48,056 bases of DNA, from the NCBI GenBank assembly GCA_944382045.1, contig CALWMT010000001.1:1-48056 (forward strand), in the 5' to 3' direction. Shown here piece after piece: positions 38,350 to 48,006 of this stretch (position 1 is the stretch's first letter; each line of letters opens with the position of its first letter). The translations under genes were made by a program, and so were the position numbers. This stretch comes from an uncultured Enterocloster sp. GTDB lineage: Bacteria; Bacillota; Clostridia; Lachnospirales; Lachnospiraceae. The notes under the pieces are model-generated. The model was not told where the DNA came from, ran no database searches, and saw only the letters and a list, made by a program, of their open reading frames with translations.

Positions 38350-39482
38350 GTCAAATCTCCGTTCTCAGCAAACAGGCCGCTCCCCTCCGCCGGGGCTGCA
38401 CCTGCGGAGGCCTCCGCTTCCAAATCCGCCTCCGGGGAGGCTCCCTCGCTTCCGGGAAGCTGGTACTTGGCCCGCACCTTTGTCTCCACCTGTCCGCAGA
38501 TCTCCGGATGCTCCGCCAGATACTGCTTGGCGTTCTCACGGCCCTGGCCGATCTTGGAGCCGCCGTAGGCAAACCAGGCGCCGCTCTTCTCCACAATATT
38601 CTCCTTCACAGCCAGATCCAGGATGTCTCCCTCCTTGGAAATGCCCTTGCCGAACATAATATCGAACTCTGCCTCCTTGAAGGGCGGAGCGATCTTGTTC
38701 TTCACCACCTTGACCCGAACCCGGTTGCCAACTACCTCGCCCCCCTGCTTGAGGGTCTCAATGCGGCGCACATCCAGACGCACGGAGGAGTAGAACTTCA
38801 GAGCCCGGCCTCCTGTGGTGGTCTCCGGATTGCCGAACATAACGCCCACCTTCTCGCGGAGCTGGTTAATAAAGATCACAATACAGTTGGACTTGCTGAT
38901 CACCGCTGTGAGCTTGCGCAGGGCCTGAGACATCAGCCTGGCCTGAAGCCCCACATGGGAATCTCCCATCTCCCCATCGATCTCCGCCTTGGGAACCAGG
39001 GCAGCCACAGAGTCCACAATCACAATGTCCACTGCGCCGGAGCGCACCATGGTCTCCGTGATCTCCAGCGCCTGCTCTCCATTATCCGGCTGGGAGATAT
39101 AGAGGTTGTCGATATCCACTCCGATGTTCCGGGCATACACCGGATCCAGGGCATGCTCCGCATCGATAAAGCCGGCGATGCCTCCCCGCTTCTGGACCTC
39201 CGCCACCATGTGGAGGGCCACCGTGGTCTTACCGGAGGACTCAGGACCGTAGATCTCCACAATCCTTCCCTTAGGCACCCCGCCCAGTCCCAGGGCGATG
39301 TCCAGGCTGATGGATCCCGTCGGCACCGTCTCAATGTTCATATTGGCACCGGAGTCACCCAGCTTCATCACGGATCCCTTGCCGTAGGCCTTCTCAATCT
39401 GTGTGAGGGCCGCGTCCAGCGCCTTCATCTTCTCTTCTCTATTCAAATCCTTCTTTGTGTTCAGCTTATCATCCCTGCCCAT
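38346..39482 (-). CDS. recA: Recombinase RecA
   Basis: Motifs [27 protein letters not shown] and [12 protein letters not shown] 39482 follows a GGAGG RBS. Confidence 0.99.
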   Translation of the reverse strand: MGRDDKLNTKKDLNREEKMKALDAALTQIEKAYGKGSVMKLGDSGANMNIETVPTGSISLDIALGLGGVPKGRIVEIYGPESSGKTTVALHMVAEVQKRGGIAGFIDAEHALDPVYARNIGVDIDNLYISQPDNGEQALEITETMVRSGAVDIVIVDSVAALVPKAEIDGEMGDSHVGLQARLMSQALRKLTAVISKSNCIVIFINQLREKVGVMFGNPETTTGGRALKFYSSVRLDVRRIETLKQGGEVVGNRVRVKVVKNKIAPPFKEAEFDIMFGKGISKEGDILDLAVKENIVEKSGAWFAYGGSKIGQGRENAKQYLAEHPEICGQVETKVRAKYQLPGSEGASPEADLEAEASAGAAPAEGSGLFAENGDLT

Positions 39483-39495
39483 ACTATCCTCCATC

Positions 39496-39550
39496 CGAAC
39501 AAATGTTCTCTTTCTGTTCTCATCATACTATACTTCTCCTGAAATGTCAA
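39496..39550 (-). promoter_or_regulatory. recA promoter with a LexA (Cheo/SOS) box
   Basis: GAAC-AAAT-GTTC at 39497-39508. TTGACA-N17-TATGAT at 39550-39522. Confidence 0.85.
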
Positions 39551-39700
39551 CAACGCCCGCAAAAAATACTCCTGTGAATCCGGGGTGACGGACCCCTCCC
39601 AGAAGGCCTGCTGCCTGCAAAGCCAAAAGCCAAAGCCTGGCAGGAAGAGCCCTGCCGAAGCAAGCTTAGAATACCACAAAAAAACAGCTTTTGCAAGACC

Positions 39701-39778
39701 GCAGCAGCCAGTGTCCGCTGGAAAATGCAGCAGCCAGCATCCGCTGAAAAACCACAGCAGTCAGCGCCCGCCGGAAAA
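39701..39778. repeat. Three imperfect 25-bp tandem repeats
   Basis: GCAGCAGCCAGTGTCCGCTGGAAAA / GCAGCAGCCAGCATCCGCTGAAAAA / ACAGCAGTCAGCGCCCGCCGGAAAA. Confidence 0.75.
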
Positions 39779-40801
39779 CAGGGCGTACATCTGCGGACAG
39801 ATCCGCCTTCCCAGCCTCTCAAAAAATGTACAGAGCATAACGATGACCGCAGGCATTGCCAGAAACAGCCCCAGGGCCACGCCGGGAAGAGCCGGAAGAA
39901 GAAGGGCTCCTGATTTGTTGATCAGCCGGACCCAGGCAAAATGCATGGCATAGAGAAAGAAGTTATTTTTCATGAATTCTGCGGCAGCAGGAAGCGGAAG
40001 AAGCTTCACAGCCAATGCTGCCCCGCATACACCGATCATGCGGAATAAGATCTGCGCCAGGACGCTGCCAGAAAGAATCCCGCCAGGATGAGCCGCCAGG
40101 CGCACGCATACGGCAGCTCCTGCCAAGCCCGGCCCATATGCTGCTGCCTCTGCGCAGGAAAGGCGGCCCTCCACCCATTTTTTCCGATGAAGCGCCGCAA
40201 AAGCACCTGCACCGTAATAAAAGAGGGCGTCCCCATTCAGGATCGGAAGGTTTCTGTTCAATCCCAGAAAGGCCGTGAGCGCTGCCAGAAATACAGCTCC
40301 GGACCAGACATTTCTCAGGACGGCATACAAAAGCGGAGCCAGCGCCGTCAGGAGGATCAGCTGAAATAGATACCAGAACACGGGATTGTATTCGTAAAGA
40401 AATACCGCGCGAAGACATTCTGCCCCGTTCAGAGGAATCGGCGCCTTTCCCACGACCGCAGCCACGCCGGGCAGGCGGGAGGCTGCGGCATATCCAGCAT
40501 AATACAGGCCATTCCACAGCAGATAGGGAAGAAGAAGGGAGCGGACGCGGGACTTCCATTTTCTTTTCAAATCAGAGAGGGCAAATCTGCGGTAAAACAA
40601 ATAGGCAGACACAGCAAAAAAACCAGGGACGGAAAACTGGCCCAGGCAGGTGCCAAAAAAGCGTTCCACGCCCCCGGCCCATCCATCTGCTGCCCCCGGC
40701 CCCAGGAATAATTCCGCATTCCCCGAATGCACCCAGATCACCAGTATACTGAAAATAAATGTGAGCCAGTATACCTTACTGCGAAACTCCCGCTCGTCCA
40801 T
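39761..40801 (-). CDS. Acyltransferase family 3 (OafA-like) membrane protein
   Basis: Motifs LVIWVH, SVPGFFAVSAYLF, SRVRSLLLPYLLWN, FWYL and FFLYAMH. Confidence 0.85.
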   Translation of the reverse strand: MDEREFRSKVYWLTFIFSILVIWVHSGNAELFLGPGAADGWAGGVERFFGTCLGQFSVPGFFAVSAYLFYRRFALSDLKRKWKSRVRSLLLPYLLWNGLYYAGYAAASRLPGVAAVVGKAPIPLNGAECLRAVFLYEYNPVFWYLFQLILLTALAPLLYAVLRNVWSGAVFLAALTAFLGLNRNLPILNGDALFYYGAGAFAALHRKKWVEGRLSCAEAAAYGPGLAGAAVCVRLAAHPGGILSGSVLAQILFRMIGVCGAALAVKLLPLPAAAEFMKNNFFLYAMHFAWVRLINKSGALLLPALPGVALGLFLAMPAVIVMLCTFFERLGRRICPQMYALFSGGR

Positions 40802-40834
40802 TCTCTATTCCTTCCCCAGATACAAACCGCCCTT

Positions 40835-42004
40835 TCAGCTCCTGTACTGCGACAGCAGACGGTTAATCCTCTTCGTGGGCGTCAAAAGCTCACTGAGAGA
40901 TGCATCATGGTTCAGATTATCAATGATGAGAGCGATGTATTTGCTCATATCCACACTGATGTAGTAGGGACGGGACAAGAGATCCGGCGTCTGGTACACC
41001 AGATTCGTGGTGAGGATCCGGTCGATCAGTCCCTTCTCATAATACTCATCGAATTTGGCCAGGCCGCCTGTAAAGAGTCCAAAGGTGGAGCAGATAAATA
41101 CCTTTCTCGCCCTCCTGCGCTTCAGCTCCTTCGCCACATCCTGCATGCTCTCGCCGGAGGAAATCATATCATCAATGATGATGACATCCTTTCCCTCCAC
41201 GCTGGAGCCCAGGAACTCATGGGCCACAATGGGATTGCGCCCATTGACCACCCTTGTATAATCCCGGCGCTTATAAAACATACCCATATCCAGCCCCAGC
41301 ATGTTTGCGAAATACACGGCTCTGCCTGTTCCGCCCTCATCCGGGCTGATGACCATCATGTGGTCGCTGTCAATCTTGAGGTCCGGCTCATGCTTCAAAA
41401 GGTGCTTTAAAAACTGATAGATCGGCTGCACCGTCTCAAAGCCTTTTAGAGGAATCGCATTCTGAACCCTTGGATCATGGGCGTCAAAGGTAATGATATT
41501 CTCTACACCCATATTTACCAGCTCCTTGAGAGCCAGGGCACAGTCCAGAGATTCCCTTCCAGAGCGCTTGTGCTGGCGGCTCTCATACAGGAAGGGCATA
41601 ATTACATTGATTCTGCGGGCCTTCCCTGCAGCTGCGGCGATCACGCGCTTTAAATCCTGAAAATGGTCATCCGGAGACATATGGTTGGTCATGCCAAACA
41701 GTGAATAGGTCAAGCTATAATTGCAGACATCCACCATAATGTAGAGGTCATCGCCGCGGACCGATTCCTGAATCAGGCCCTTTGCCTCCCCAGAGCCAAA
41801 GCGCGGGGTTGACACGGGAACAATATAGGAATCCCGCTGATAGCCGGCAAACGCAATGGTAGACTTGTGCTCACTCTCCCGCTCTCTTCTCCAGTCTACC
41901 AGATAGGCATCCACCTTTGCCCCCAGACTGGTGCAGCTCTTTAGGGGAATCAGGCCCAGAGGCCCTACCGGTATGGTTTCAATAATTTTTTCCTCATATA
42001 ACAT
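40835..42004 (-). CDS. prs: Ribose-phosphate pyrophosphokinase
   Basis: Motifs RFGSGE, MPFLYESRQH, SPDEGG and IIDDMISSGES. Start moved to ATG 42004 (AGGAGG RBS). Confidence 0.93.
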   Translation of the reverse strand: MLYEEKIIETIPVGPLGLIPLKSCTSLGAKVDAYLVDWRRERESEHKSTIAFAGYQRDSYIVPVSTPRFGSGEAKGLIQESVRGDDLYIMVDVCNYSLTYSLFGMTNHMSPDDHFQDLKRVIAAAAGKARRINVIMPFLYESRQHKRSGRESLDCALALKELVNMGVENIITFDAHDPRVQNAIPLKGFETVQPIYQFLKHLLKHEPDLKIDSDHMMVISPDEGGTGRAVYFANMLGLDMGMFYKRRDYTRVVNGRNPIVAHEFLGSSVEGKDVIIIDDMISSGESMQDVAKELKRRRARKVFICSTFGLFTGGLAKFDEYYEKGLIDRILTTNLVYQTPDLLSRPYYISVDMSKYIALIIDNLNHDASLSELLTPTKRINRLLSQYRS

Positions 42005-42093
42005 GGCTTCCCATCCTCCTATGTAAAACGCCCTTCGGGCTGGTGCACTTCGTGCGAAAAAGTATATCATTGTTTTCTGCGGTTCGTCAAGCT

Positions 42094-43074
42094 TTAAACC
42101 GCCCGCAGGCGCAGATCTCTTCCATATAAGGGGATGATCGTATAACCGCTCATAATCCGCGAGGCCACCCGGTCCGTGTAGGAATCCCGCAGTCCCGCCA
42201 GGGAGAGGTTTGTGGAAATAATCGTAGAGCGCTTTCTGCTCATCCGCTCATTGATACAGTAGAACAGCTGGGAGGAGGTGAAGCTGTTGTTCAGCTCTGT
42301 GCCCAGGTCATCGATGATTAGGAGCTCACACTCCAGGACAAATCGATACATCTCCTGCATTCCATCCTCATCCTCATTGCTGAACTTGTTTTTAGAAAAT
42401 ACCTCAAACAAATCACCGGCGGACAGATAGATCACGGAATGTCCCCTTTTCATCACCTCGCCAGCGATGCATCTGCTCAGAAAGGTTTTTCCCACCCCAG
42501 TGCTCCCAGTAAGCAGAAGATTTTCCCCCGCTGTTCCGAATTCCTCAGCAAAGCGGCGGCAGCTTGCGGCAACGCGCCGCATATATGCACGGTTTGTAAT
42601 GCCCAGCTGCGGCAAAAGCTCCTCATCATCATAGCAGTCAAAGGAAAACGCAGCAAAGCTCTCCTTGTCCAGAACATCCTCCAAATTGGACTGGGCATAG
42701 AGAAGCTTCATCTGTGCCTGCAGAAAGCAATGGCATTTTCGGCCATCCACCAGACCTGTATCCCGGCAGTCCGGACACCGGTAGTGAAGCTCCAGATAAT
42801 CGTCCGGATACCCTGCCTGGCGGATCAGGCACGCCTTCTGCTCCTTAAGCTCTGACAGGTCCCTCCGCAGGCGGTCAAGCGCCTGCGCATCCCCATCCAA
42901 AAGCCTCCTGGCGCATGCCACCGAGCGCTCCGCCATCTCTGCCTCCAGCCTGCGCACCTGGGGAAGCCTTTGGTAAACCTCTGCCTTCCGCGCCTCCAGC
43001 GCATGCTGATTCTCTATCTGCCGGCGTCCATACTCCCGCATGATCGCATCGTACTGGGAATTGCTTAGTGCCAT
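42094..43074 (-). CDS. DnaC/DnaI-like AAA+ replication ATPase (helicase loader)
   Basis: Zn motif CPDCRDTG...CHC, Walker A GSTGVGKT, Walker B LLIIDDLG, STNL and DRVASRI. Confidence 0.88.
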   Translation of the reverse strand: MALSNSQYDAIMREYGRRQIENQHALEARKAEVYQRLPQVRRLEAEMAERSVACARRLLDGDAQALDRLRRDLSELKEQKACLIRQAGYPDDYLELHYRCPDCRDTGLVDGRKCHCFLQAQMKLLYAQSNLEDVLDKESFAAFSFDCYDDEELLPQLGITNRAYMRRVAASCRRFAEEFGTAGENLLLTGSTGVGKTFLSRCIAGEVMKRGHSVIYLSAGDLFEVFSKNKFSNEDEDGMQEMYRFVLECELLIIDDLGTELNNSFTSSQLFYCINERMSRKRSTIISTNLSLAGLRDSYTDRVASRIMSGYTIIPLYGRDLRLRAV

Positions 43075-43117
43075 GCTCTCTCTCCTTCTTCTCTCCGTCC
43101 ATTCTCAGCTGCCCGAG

Positions 43118-44239
43118 TCAGGTCCCCTCGGAGGCACCTTCACCCTTTCCGCTGCCGACCCACTCCTTGACCTGCTTTAAGACAAGGGCATCATAATCCG
43201 TGTCCCTCTCTTTAAAATTGTGAAACTGGTTAGGCGCCGCGCCTCCTCTGCCCTGTCGGGGAACGCCTGCCTCCCCGTACCGCTTAAAGCGGCGCTCCCT
43301 TCCCTCTGCCTTCTCCGGTCCCTCTGCCTGGCGCCGGGTATCAGCTGTCTTAATGTCCTCCCGTGTCCGGACCCCAGCCCGATGCCAATCGGAAAGTATT
43401 TTGTCCGCATAGGGAAAGCTGGGCTCGTGAATGGCATTGATTGTCCTCCCGCAGGCCTCCAGGACAATATCCCGGCTGAAGCCATACTCCCGGAACCACT
43501 TGTCCATCAGCTTCTGCTCCGCCTGAGCCGGCTTCCGGCTGTTCAGCCCAAAGGCCTTCATCACCGCAAAGGAATCCCGGGTATAGGAAGCACAGAAATC
43601 CTGTGCCTCTAGAGCCGTGCGGATCCCCCTGCCGTGCCAGCCCAGCGCCACAGCCTCCAAATAGCGGACCGATGTGTGGCCGTTCTGGGCGCAGTATTCC
43701 ACCAGATATTCCAAAAGCTCACTGTTCATGCCCAGGCTGTCGTAGAGATAAGCAAATACCTGGCAGTCCCTGGGGGTAAACACCTTATTCATGTATTTCT
43801 GCGCTATATAAAGAAGCTGGGAGAACTCCTCATCCGAGGACAGACGGTTCACCTGCTCCGCAGAATAGACGGGCCGCCCGGATACCGGCCGGCTGACTGT
43901 CTCCTGCTCCTCCTTTGCAGGGCCGTCCGCCGGCTGGCTCTCCGCCTTCACAGGCTGGCTCTCAGCCGCCGCTTCGGACCTCTCCTGATCGGACGCGCTT
44001 CCCTCTGCATCCATCCGCAGAACCCCCAGCTTTTTCCAATAGCTTAAGGCCCGGCGCACATCGGACTCCGTGTGATCCAGCGCATCCGCAATCCGCTCCA
44101 CCGTCAGCTCCTCTCCCTGATGACGGAGCACAAACATATATACCTTTACATATTCCCCGTTGGCCTGCGCCATATACGTATCAATAAATTCATTGGCCAC
44201 CGCGGTCACAGGAATGCTCCACCGATCCCAAACACCCAT
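43118..44239 (-). CDS. DnaD/DnaB-domain replication initiation protein
   Basis: NEFIDTYM..ANGEYVKVY, plus two DnaB_2 repeats (SVRYLEAVALGW; SFPYADKILSDW). Confidence 0.88.
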   Translation of the reverse strand: MGVWDRWSIPVTAVANEFIDTYMAQANGEYVKVYMFVLRHQGEELTVERIADALDHTESDVRRALSYWKKLGVLRMDAEGSASDQERSEAAAESQPVKAESQPADGPAKEEQETVSRPVSGRPVYSAEQVNRLSSDEEFSQLLYIAQKYMNKVFTPRDCQVFAYLYDSLGMNSELLEYLVEYCAQNGHTSVRYLEAVALGWHGRGIRTALEAQDFCASYTRDSFAVMKAFGLNSRKPAQAEQKLMDKWFREYGFSRDIVLEACGRTINAIHEPSFPYADKILSDWHRAGVRTREDIKTADTRRQAEGPEKAEGRERRFKRYGEAGVPRQGRGGAAPNQFHNFKERDTDYDALVLKQVKEWVGSGKGEGASEGT

Positions 44240-44338
44240 TCTGCTCTACCTCTCGCCCTAAATCCAATCTCATATCTGCTACCATCATAGCACATCCGGC
44301 TTTAAAAGAAAATAGGGCCCATTTCCTGCCACCTGCAA

Positions 44339-44522
44339 TGTGGATAGTGTGGACAATGTGGATAAGGCAGGCGGATTTCACTTTTATTTTACCTAAAGCT
44401 TACAGATTTTCCCCATAAAACCAGGGTTGTCCAAATCGTGCGGCAATTTCTTATGTAAATCAGAGAAATCCACATTGCTCCTTTACATAAAATGTTGAAA
44501 ACTTTGTGGATAATGTGGACAA
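44339..44522. promoter_or_regulatory. DnaA-box cluster
   Basis: TGTGGATAG-TGTGGACAA-TGTGGATAA (44339-44365) and TGTGGATAA-TGTGGACAA (44505-44522), plus weaker boxes in between. Confidence 0.75.
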
Positions 44523-44523
44523 A

Positions 44524-45909
44524 TTACTGTCCAAGCAGCTTTTCGCCCACTCTTACAATGTCTCCAGCTCCCATAGTTATCAACAAATCTCCGGGCTGAC
44601 AATTTTCTAAAATAAATGTTTCTATCTCATCAAAGGACGGAATATACTGGGCCCTTCTGCCCATTTTTACAATCCGATCTGCTATATCGCCTGCGCTTAC
44701 CCCCAGGGTATCTGTCTCCCTGGCCGCGTAAATGTCCGCCAGCACTACCTCGTCTGCGAGAGACAATGCCTGGGCGAATTCATCCAAAAACGCCTTGGTC
44801 CGTGTATAGGTGTGGGGCTGGAACACACACCACAGCTTTTTGTGGGGATAATTCCTGGCGGCCTTCAGAGTCGCCTCGATTTCCTGGGGATGGTGGGCGT
44901 AATCATCGATGATCGTCACTCCTCCCACCTCTCCTTTTTTCTCAAACCGCCTGTCTGTGCCGGTAAACCGCTTCAATCCAGCCAGGATTCCGTCCATCCC
45001 CACGCCCAGCTCCAGGGCCGCAGCCGCAGCCGCAAGGGAATTGCAGATATTGTGCTCCCCCGGCACGCCCAGCGTTATGCGGCTGATGATCTCTCCCTGG
45101 ATCACCAGGTCATAGGAGGGGCATCCCAGCTGGTCATAGGTGATATTCCTGGCCGTGTACATGCTGGATTCCTCCAAGCCAAAGGTAACAACCCGGCAGT
45201 CCAGCCCCTGGGTAATCTCCTCCAAATCCCGTATCCCGCTGTTGATCACCAAAGCACCTCGCCTTGGAAGCTTCTGCGCAAACAGGCGGAAGGAATGGCG
45301 GATGTCTGCAAGATCTTTAAAGAAGTCCAGGTGATCTGCCTCAATATTCAGGATAATCCCCATGGTCGGGAAAAAGGAAAGAAAGCTGTTGGTATATTCG
45401 CAGGCCTCCGTCACAAAAAGCTCTGGTCCGCCCACCCGAATGTTTCCTCCGATGTCCCGCAGGATGCCGCCCACGGAGACTGTGGGATCTGCACCCCCGG
45501 CCAGAAGAATATCCGTCAGCATGGAGGTGGTGGTTGTCTTTCCGTGGGTTCCCGCCACGGCCACCGCCTCCTTATAATTGCGCATCATCTCCCCCAGAAG
45601 CTCTGCTCTGGTAAGGGTAGGGATTCCCTTCTCCCGCACGGCTCGAAGCTCTGGATTGTCCTCGTGAATGGCGGCTGTGTAGACCACTGCCCGGATTCCC
45701 GGCTCCTCCTTGATGTTTGACGCTCTCTGTCCATAGCGGATCCTGGCCCCCTTCTGCTCCAGATGCCGGGTCAGATCCGTCTCGTGGGCGTCGGAGCCGG
45801 ACACGGTAAATCCCTCGTCCAGCAGAATCTCCGCCAGCCCGCTCATGCTGATGCCCCCGATCCCAATAAAGTGAACGTGCTCTGGCTTAGAAAAATCTAT
45901 CTCATACAT
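44524..45909 (-). CDS. murC: UDP-N-acetylmuramate--L-alanine ligase
   Basis: Motifs HFIGIGGISMSGLA, AGTHGKTTTTS, DHLD, DDYAHHP and FQPHTYTRT. Confidence 0.97.
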   Translation of the reverse strand: MYEIDFSKPEHVHFIGIGGISMSGLAEILLDEGFTVSGSDAHETDLTRHLEQKGARIRYGQRASNIKEEPGIRAVVYTAAIHEDNPELRAVREKGIPTLTRAELLGEMMRNYKEAVAVAGTHGKTTTTSMLTDILLAGGADPTVSVGGILRDIGGNIRVGGPELFVTEACEYTNSFLSFFPTMGIILNIEADHLDFFKDLADIRHSFRLFAQKLPRRGALVINSGIRDLEEITQGLDCRVVTFGLEESSMYTARNITYDQLGCPSYDLVIQGEIISRITLGVPGEHNICNSLAAAAAALELGVGMDGILAGLKRFTGTDRRFEKKGEVGGVTIIDDYAHHPQEIEATLKAARNYPHKKLWCVFQPHTYTRTKAFLDEFAQALSLADEVVLADIYAARETDTLGVSAGDIADRIVKMGRRAQYIPSFDEIETFILENCQPGDLLITMGAGDIVRVGEKLLGQ

Positions 45910-45931
45910 ATGAATACTCCTTTACAGCTGC

Positions 45932-45986
45932 AAAAAAATAGGGAAGGAACAGGCACGGCCGCATCTGCCGCCCTGTTCCTTCCCTA
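45932..45986 (-). terminator. Intrinsic terminator between the gltD-like gene and murC
   Basis: TAGGGAAGGAACAGG / CCTGTTCCTTCCCTA 15-bp stem followed by T7 on the minus strand. Confidence 0.75.
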
Positions 45987-46016
45987 ATTATAACAGAAAA
46001 CCAAAGAAATACCATA

Positions 46017-46107
46017 CCTTTTCGCGCGTAAGCGCGCCCGCCCTGAAAGGGCATGCATTACGGGATGCCCTGCGGGTATCCCTTTTCGCGCGTAAGCGCG
46101 CCTGCCC
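46017..46107. repeat. Two 27-bp direct repeats containing GTAA-loop palindromes (REP-like)
   Basis: CCTTTTCGCGCGTAAGCGCGCCYGCCC at 46017 and 46081. Confidence 0.75.
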
Positions 46108-46113
46108 CGCAGG

Positions 46114-47346
46114 CTATTCCTCCTTCGGCAGGCTCTGCATGTACGCATGCATGGCCTCCGCCACCACCTTGCTGTGAGCCACCGCCTCCACCACGGTCCG
46201 CGCTCCGTTTACAACGTCGCCGGAAGCAAAGATTCCCGGCCGGGTGGTATGCCCCGTCTCATCCGCCACCAGAAGTCCTCTCTCATTGGCCGCCAGTCCC
46301 TTTGTCGTGGAGACGATCCGATTCTGCGGCCCCTGGCTGATGGAAATAATCACGCTGTCCGCCGGATAGAGCTTATTGGAGTCCGGAACGTCCGTGAAGG
46401 TTCCGTCTTCATTTTCAATGATATCCTTGAAAATCACGCCCTCGTCTGTGATCTCCACCGGCGCCTTGTTGTATTCAAAATCAACTCCCTCCAGCTGCGC
46501 GTAGCTGAATTCATAATGGCTTGCCGCCACCTTTTTTGTCAGTGAGAAGCAGGTGAGCCAGCGCACGCCCTTTCGAATGGCGGTTCGAGCCACATCCATG
46601 GCCGCATTGCCTGCACCGATCACAATCACCCGCTGTCCCAGGCGGTAGCTGTCCGGATTGTTCAGGTAATTAATTCCAAAATGCACGTGCCCCAAGGTCT
46701 CACCCTTGATGTGAAGAGCATTGGGCTTCCACACACCCGTGCCCACGAAAATAGCCTTATAGCCGTCCCGGAACAGATCATCGATGCCGATTGCTCCGCC
46801 AATGTGTACATTTGGCCGTACCTTGATCCCCTTGAGCTCCAGATGACGGTACTCAATATCATCCAGCACACTCTTTGGCAGACGAAACTCCGGTATGCCA
46901 TAGCGGAGCACGCCGCCGATTTTGTCCTTGCCCTCGAAGATCGTGACCTGATAGCCATATCGCGCCAAAATAATTGCGATGGTAATTCCCGCAGGGCCGG
47001 AGCCTACTATAGCCACCCGCATGCCGTTGGAGGGAGCCGGTCCCTTGCGCATCTTGGGCGCATAGGTGGTGGAAATATAGTTTTCAATGGTGGAAAAATG
47101 CACGGGAGCACCTTTTCGTCCCAGAACACAGTGCCCCTCGCATTGGTTTTCATGGTTGCATACAAGACTGCACACCGTTGTCAGCGGGTTGTTCATAAAC
47201 AGCATCTCCCCGGCCTCGTCCAGCTTATTCTCCTTCAGCAGGCGGATAACATCCGGAATCGGCGTATCGATAGGGCAGCCCTTCCGACATTGGGGAACCT
47301 TGCATCCGAGGCAGCGGTTGGCCTCGTCCATAACATGAAGCGCCAT
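46114..47346 (-). CDS. GltD/SudA-like NAD(P)H-dependent Fe-S flavoprotein
   Basis: Motifs EANRCLGC...CRKGCP, CSLVC..QCE..C, VGSGPAG, YGIPEFRLP and VIGAGNAAMD. Start moved to ATG 47346. Confidence 0.88.
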   Translation of the reverse strand: MALHVMDEANRCLGCKVPQCRKGCPIDTPIPDVIRLLKENKLDEAGEMLFMNNPLTTVCSLVCNHENQCEGHCVLGRKGAPVHFSTIENYISTTYAPKMRKGPAPSNGMRVAIVGSGPAGITIAIILARYGYQVTIFEGKDKIGGVLRYGIPEFRLPKSVLDDIEYRHLELKGIKVRPNVHIGGAIGIDDLFRDGYKAIFVGTGVWKPNALHIKGETLGHVHFGINYLNNPDSYRLGQRVIVIGAGNAAMDVARTAIRKGVRWLTCFSLTKKVAASHYEFSYAQLEGVDFEYNKAPVEITDEGVIFKDIIENEDGTFTDVPDSNKLYPADSVIISISQGPQNRIVSTTKGLAANERGLLVADETGHTTRPGIFASGDVVNGARTVVEAVAHSKVVAEAMHAYMQSLPKEE

Positions 47347-47498
47347 AAAATTTCCTCCCTTTCCACCCCATGCCTGCACAGGCTGCCGGCTGCACAGCAT
47401 CATAGCTGCGGCCATCGTCCTTCAAAAAAAGCGGCCCGGGGGATTTTTCTTTTATTATATCCCACCGGACCGCAGGTCCGCAATAGACAGCTTGTTCT

Positions 47499-47996
47499 TT
47501 ATTTCATGCAATACCGGCCAAAAATCACGGTTCTGTAACGCTCCAGCGTCACCAAAAGGGCATTTCCCAAAACACCCACCGCCAGCACCTCGCCGATTCC
47601 CACTGTCAGCATCATAAAGGGAATCAGGTCCTGGGAGCCATAGGCGAAGCGGAGCACCCAGGGAACAATGAGCGCATTTGCGAGAATGGGCGGGATGCAC
47701 ACACACCACCTATGCCGCCGCAGATACCGGGATCCCAGCGCGCCGATCAGGGTGGCCAGGCTTCCGCAGACCACATCCATCACGGGAAGACCGCCCATCA
47801 GGTTAGACAGCAGACAGCCTGCAAACAGCCCTGGAACTGCTGCCGGTGTAAAGTAAGGCAGCACGCAGAGAGCTTCCGAAATCCGAAATTGGATGGGCCC
47901 ATAGCTGATAGGCATAAAGTTCAGAGTCAGCACCACGTAAATCGCCGCAATCACAGCTCCGTGCACCAGGTACGTCAAGTTCTTGTTTTCTTTCAT
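47499..47996 (-). CDS. queT: QueT ECF S-component (queuosine precursor transporter)
   Basis: Motifs AAIYVVLT..PISYGPIQFRISEAL and DVVCGSLATL. Preceded by a preQ1 riboswitch. Confidence 0.9.
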   Translation of the reverse strand: MKENKNLTYLVHGAVIAAIYVVLTLNFMPISYGPIQFRISEALCVLPYFTPAAVPGLFAGCLLSNLMGGLPVMDVVCGSLATLIGALGSRYLRRHRWCVCIPPILANALIVPWVLRFAYGSQDLIPFMMLTVGIGEVLAVGVLGNALLVTLERYRTVIFGRYCMK

Positions 47997-48006
47997 ATTC
48001 AGTTTT

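Noticed and set aside
38160-39542. 460-aa plus-strand ORF
   Set aside because: Antisense shadow of recA/recX.
44240-44523. Possible chromosomal origin or prophage/plasmid replication module (dnaD-dnaC plus DnaA boxes)
   Set aside because: No dnaA, dnaN, integrase or phage genes. The flanks (murC, prs) are core genes. Kept only as a DnaA-box cluster.
46017-46107. CRISPR-like repeat-spacer-repeat (27 bp, 37-bp spacer)
   Set aside because: Only two repeats, the spacer is itself palindromic, and there are no cas genes or leader.
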